DNA of 64,000 bases from the NCBI GenBank assembly GCA_030390025.1, contig CM059432.1, forward strand, positions 75,022,001 through 75,086,000, in the 5' to 3' direction. Both the position numbers and the translations under genes were made by a program. The notes below the pieces were generated by a model that saw only the letters and a program-made list of their open reading frames with translations, made no database searches and was not told the origin of the DNA. Positions within the stretch are counted from its first letter, which is position 1. Every line of letters starts with the position of its first letter. This document shows, piece after piece, positions 61,610-64,000 of this stretch. This DNA comes from Squalus acanthias (taxonomy: Eukaryota).

Positions 61610-64000
61610 CTGGAAGATTACAAAAATTATTGCGTTGGTTAAGGAAATATCCAAAATACACTGATACTGCAGATTGTTGCATAATGTGTTTTTGCTTAAA
61701 TTTGAAATGGCAATCAATGCAGCAAACTGGATTTTAAGTGCTACCTTTTAGTGTCTAATATACTGTGAACAATATTGAGAGCAGCCATTCTTTTAAGTAA
61801 GGGAGTGGTGTACACCCCACTACATTGAGTTTTTAAATAAATTGTTTTTGTAAAATAACAGCATCTCACACATGGGTATGACTTATACACTAGATTTTAC
61901 TGTAAATATTTACCAGTCAGAACTAGGACAAGGAGGTACAAGTTTCCTGGAGTTTGGGGTATACAGATTTCTTTCCCCTCCCCAAACAAAACAGTAGCAA
62001 TAGTTTGGAGGTGGAATATGGGTGGTCCAAGTTTTCTGTTAACTGCGATGGATCCCTCACCACACAGGTAATACTTGAACTGAAAGCTTAGGGGTTACGA
62101 TGAGATTGTGAAATGCAAGTAATTAGTTATGCAAACATTTAAAAGCAAGGCACCTGAATGGATGTTTCATTTTAAAGTTGAGAAATTACTGTGTGTGGCT
62201 AGAATATGTATTAATCACCAGGCCCCATCAGCACAACAGGAGATCAACCACAACATCATATAAAAGTTCTCCAGTTACAGAGCTGGGCCTGAATTTAGTT
62301 GTTGAGAGAAAATTTACCTATTTGATAAAAATTTCAAAGTGACATTTCCTACAGACTTAAAATATAAATGACAGCATAGTATATAAAATAGCATTCATTG
62401 CATGTAGCCAAATAAGCATAAAACTATGCACAGTACAAATCTGAATAAGTAGCTTAGGTTCCGTAAGGTTCACATTGTTTTGTACACAAGAGCTGCAGGT
62501 AGCAATGAAGCTGAACTTGCATTTCTAAAACATTTTTAAACCAGTAAAATACTAAAGTATTTACATCTTCTGTTTAATGGTTACATTTGAGTCAAAGACC
62601 ATGACTACATTTATTGTACCTACATAAAAAACTACAAAGACTCACGTAGGTAATTTTAGGAAATTTTATTGCTGACAAATGACATATCCAAAGACACAAT
62701 GTTACATTAAACAGGTTTGCACCTACACTTTATGCAACAGAATAAAATTACATCAATTGCAAATGCAAGGTATTCATTCCTTTATGCCGACATGGCTTTT
62801 GACAAGTTAAAACTGCTAGCTTAAAGTCAGTTAGTGCACATGTAAACTTTTGACTGTCAAGTCAGCTGTAGAAGAGCCGAGATCCTTGGCCAAAATGAAA
62901 ATGCAATAGGTCATTAAAAGCGACCTTTGCTAACATTGCAGATTAGCAACTTCCCCGATGGGATTTTTAGTGAACCCATCTCAATTCCAAATATCACAAC
63001 CTTTCAAACTTTATGGCTTTTTAAATTTAATACATTGCTTTTAATAAAAATGTGAGTACCATACACTAAGATTATGTTTGTCCATTTTCAGCCACATGGC
63101 TATTTAAAAGGCATATAGACAACAACATATCACAGTTGATAGGTTTTATTGCTAAATCTGACCAACATTTATCACATTTATAATGAGAAATTTCGTTTAG
63201 CTTAAAAAAACACACTTCTTACTGAAAATAGTGTTACAGTTAAAATCTCCCTGCCATTTGTAACCACTTTATACAAACACCAGATTAAACACTCTTCACA
63301 CTGAGGTTCTGTAAGGTTCACTTTGCTTTTCACACATTAGCTACAAGTAGCACTCAAGCTGAATTTGCACTCAATTATAAAAAATCTTTTTCAAATCATT
63401 ACCCCCCCCCCCCAATAAAATTAAGTTAAACGTTTACAACTGTATCTCTGTTAAATGGTTACATTTTGTTCAAATAGAATCTTTAAATTTACTGCATCCA
63501 CTCATTGAAATGTCCGCTCTAATACTGGTTTATTAAAAATAAATCACATTTACACATTACTATGTCTTTCATTTTAATGTATATATTATCTTTGTGTAAC
63601 TTAACTCCTTAGTATTTGAGAGCAGACTTTGTTTGAGAACACACAGTAGACTGATTGGTATCACACTTCCCACTGAATACCTACCACTGCAGTCATTAGT
63701 ATCACATGATTAGTTTATACAGCAAGAACCTTGGCATTGTATCCTACAGAATTCATAAAAGCACACTGGATCTAAAATTGTTAAACTTAAAAAAACCACA
63801 CACACATACAACTTAAAAAAAAAACCTAATGTACTGATGGAAAAATATTCCACATATCCTTAGTGTGTTCCATCACATATCTTCGATCCCAGAGGTCCCA
63901 CACTAATAGTGATTGCTTTAAGAACAAAAATTAAATTTAAAAAAAAGGAATAGTAGTGGAATGTAGAGTGGCCTGGTCCAAATATTTTTGAAGTCTGTGT

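Overview
Vertebrate genomic DNA, most likely a cartilaginous fish (inferred from HE1/V-type and Deu-domain SINEs and the CR1/L2/Penelope repertoire). The window lies inside ASPH (aspartyl/asparaginyl beta-hydroxylase) on the minus strand. Four coding exons (61571-61609, 14940-15031, 9113-9199, 8057-8207) splice in frame, and one uses a GC donor. The rest is intronic and dominated by nested mobile elements: CR1 and L2 LINEs, two Penelope-like families, SINEs, and Harbinger-like and Tc1/mariner-like MITEs. Highlights: (1) a multi-copy, single-ORF APE-RT LINE with a tRNA-like A/B-box head and almost no sense-strand TTTT, a candidate RNA polymerase III-transcribed autonomous LINE; (2) minimal hammerhead ribozymes in both Penelope families; (3) a very young Penelope insertion with a perfect 201-bp inverted repeat and a 13-bp target site duplication (TSD); (4) a 14.5-kb composite block flanked by a 17-bp duplication that splits one LINE copy; (5) a repeat-free AT-rich stretch that may be the junctate/humbug 3' UTR. 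Repeat boundaries were read by eye and are approximate unless TSD or terminal inverted repeat (TIR) coordinates are given.
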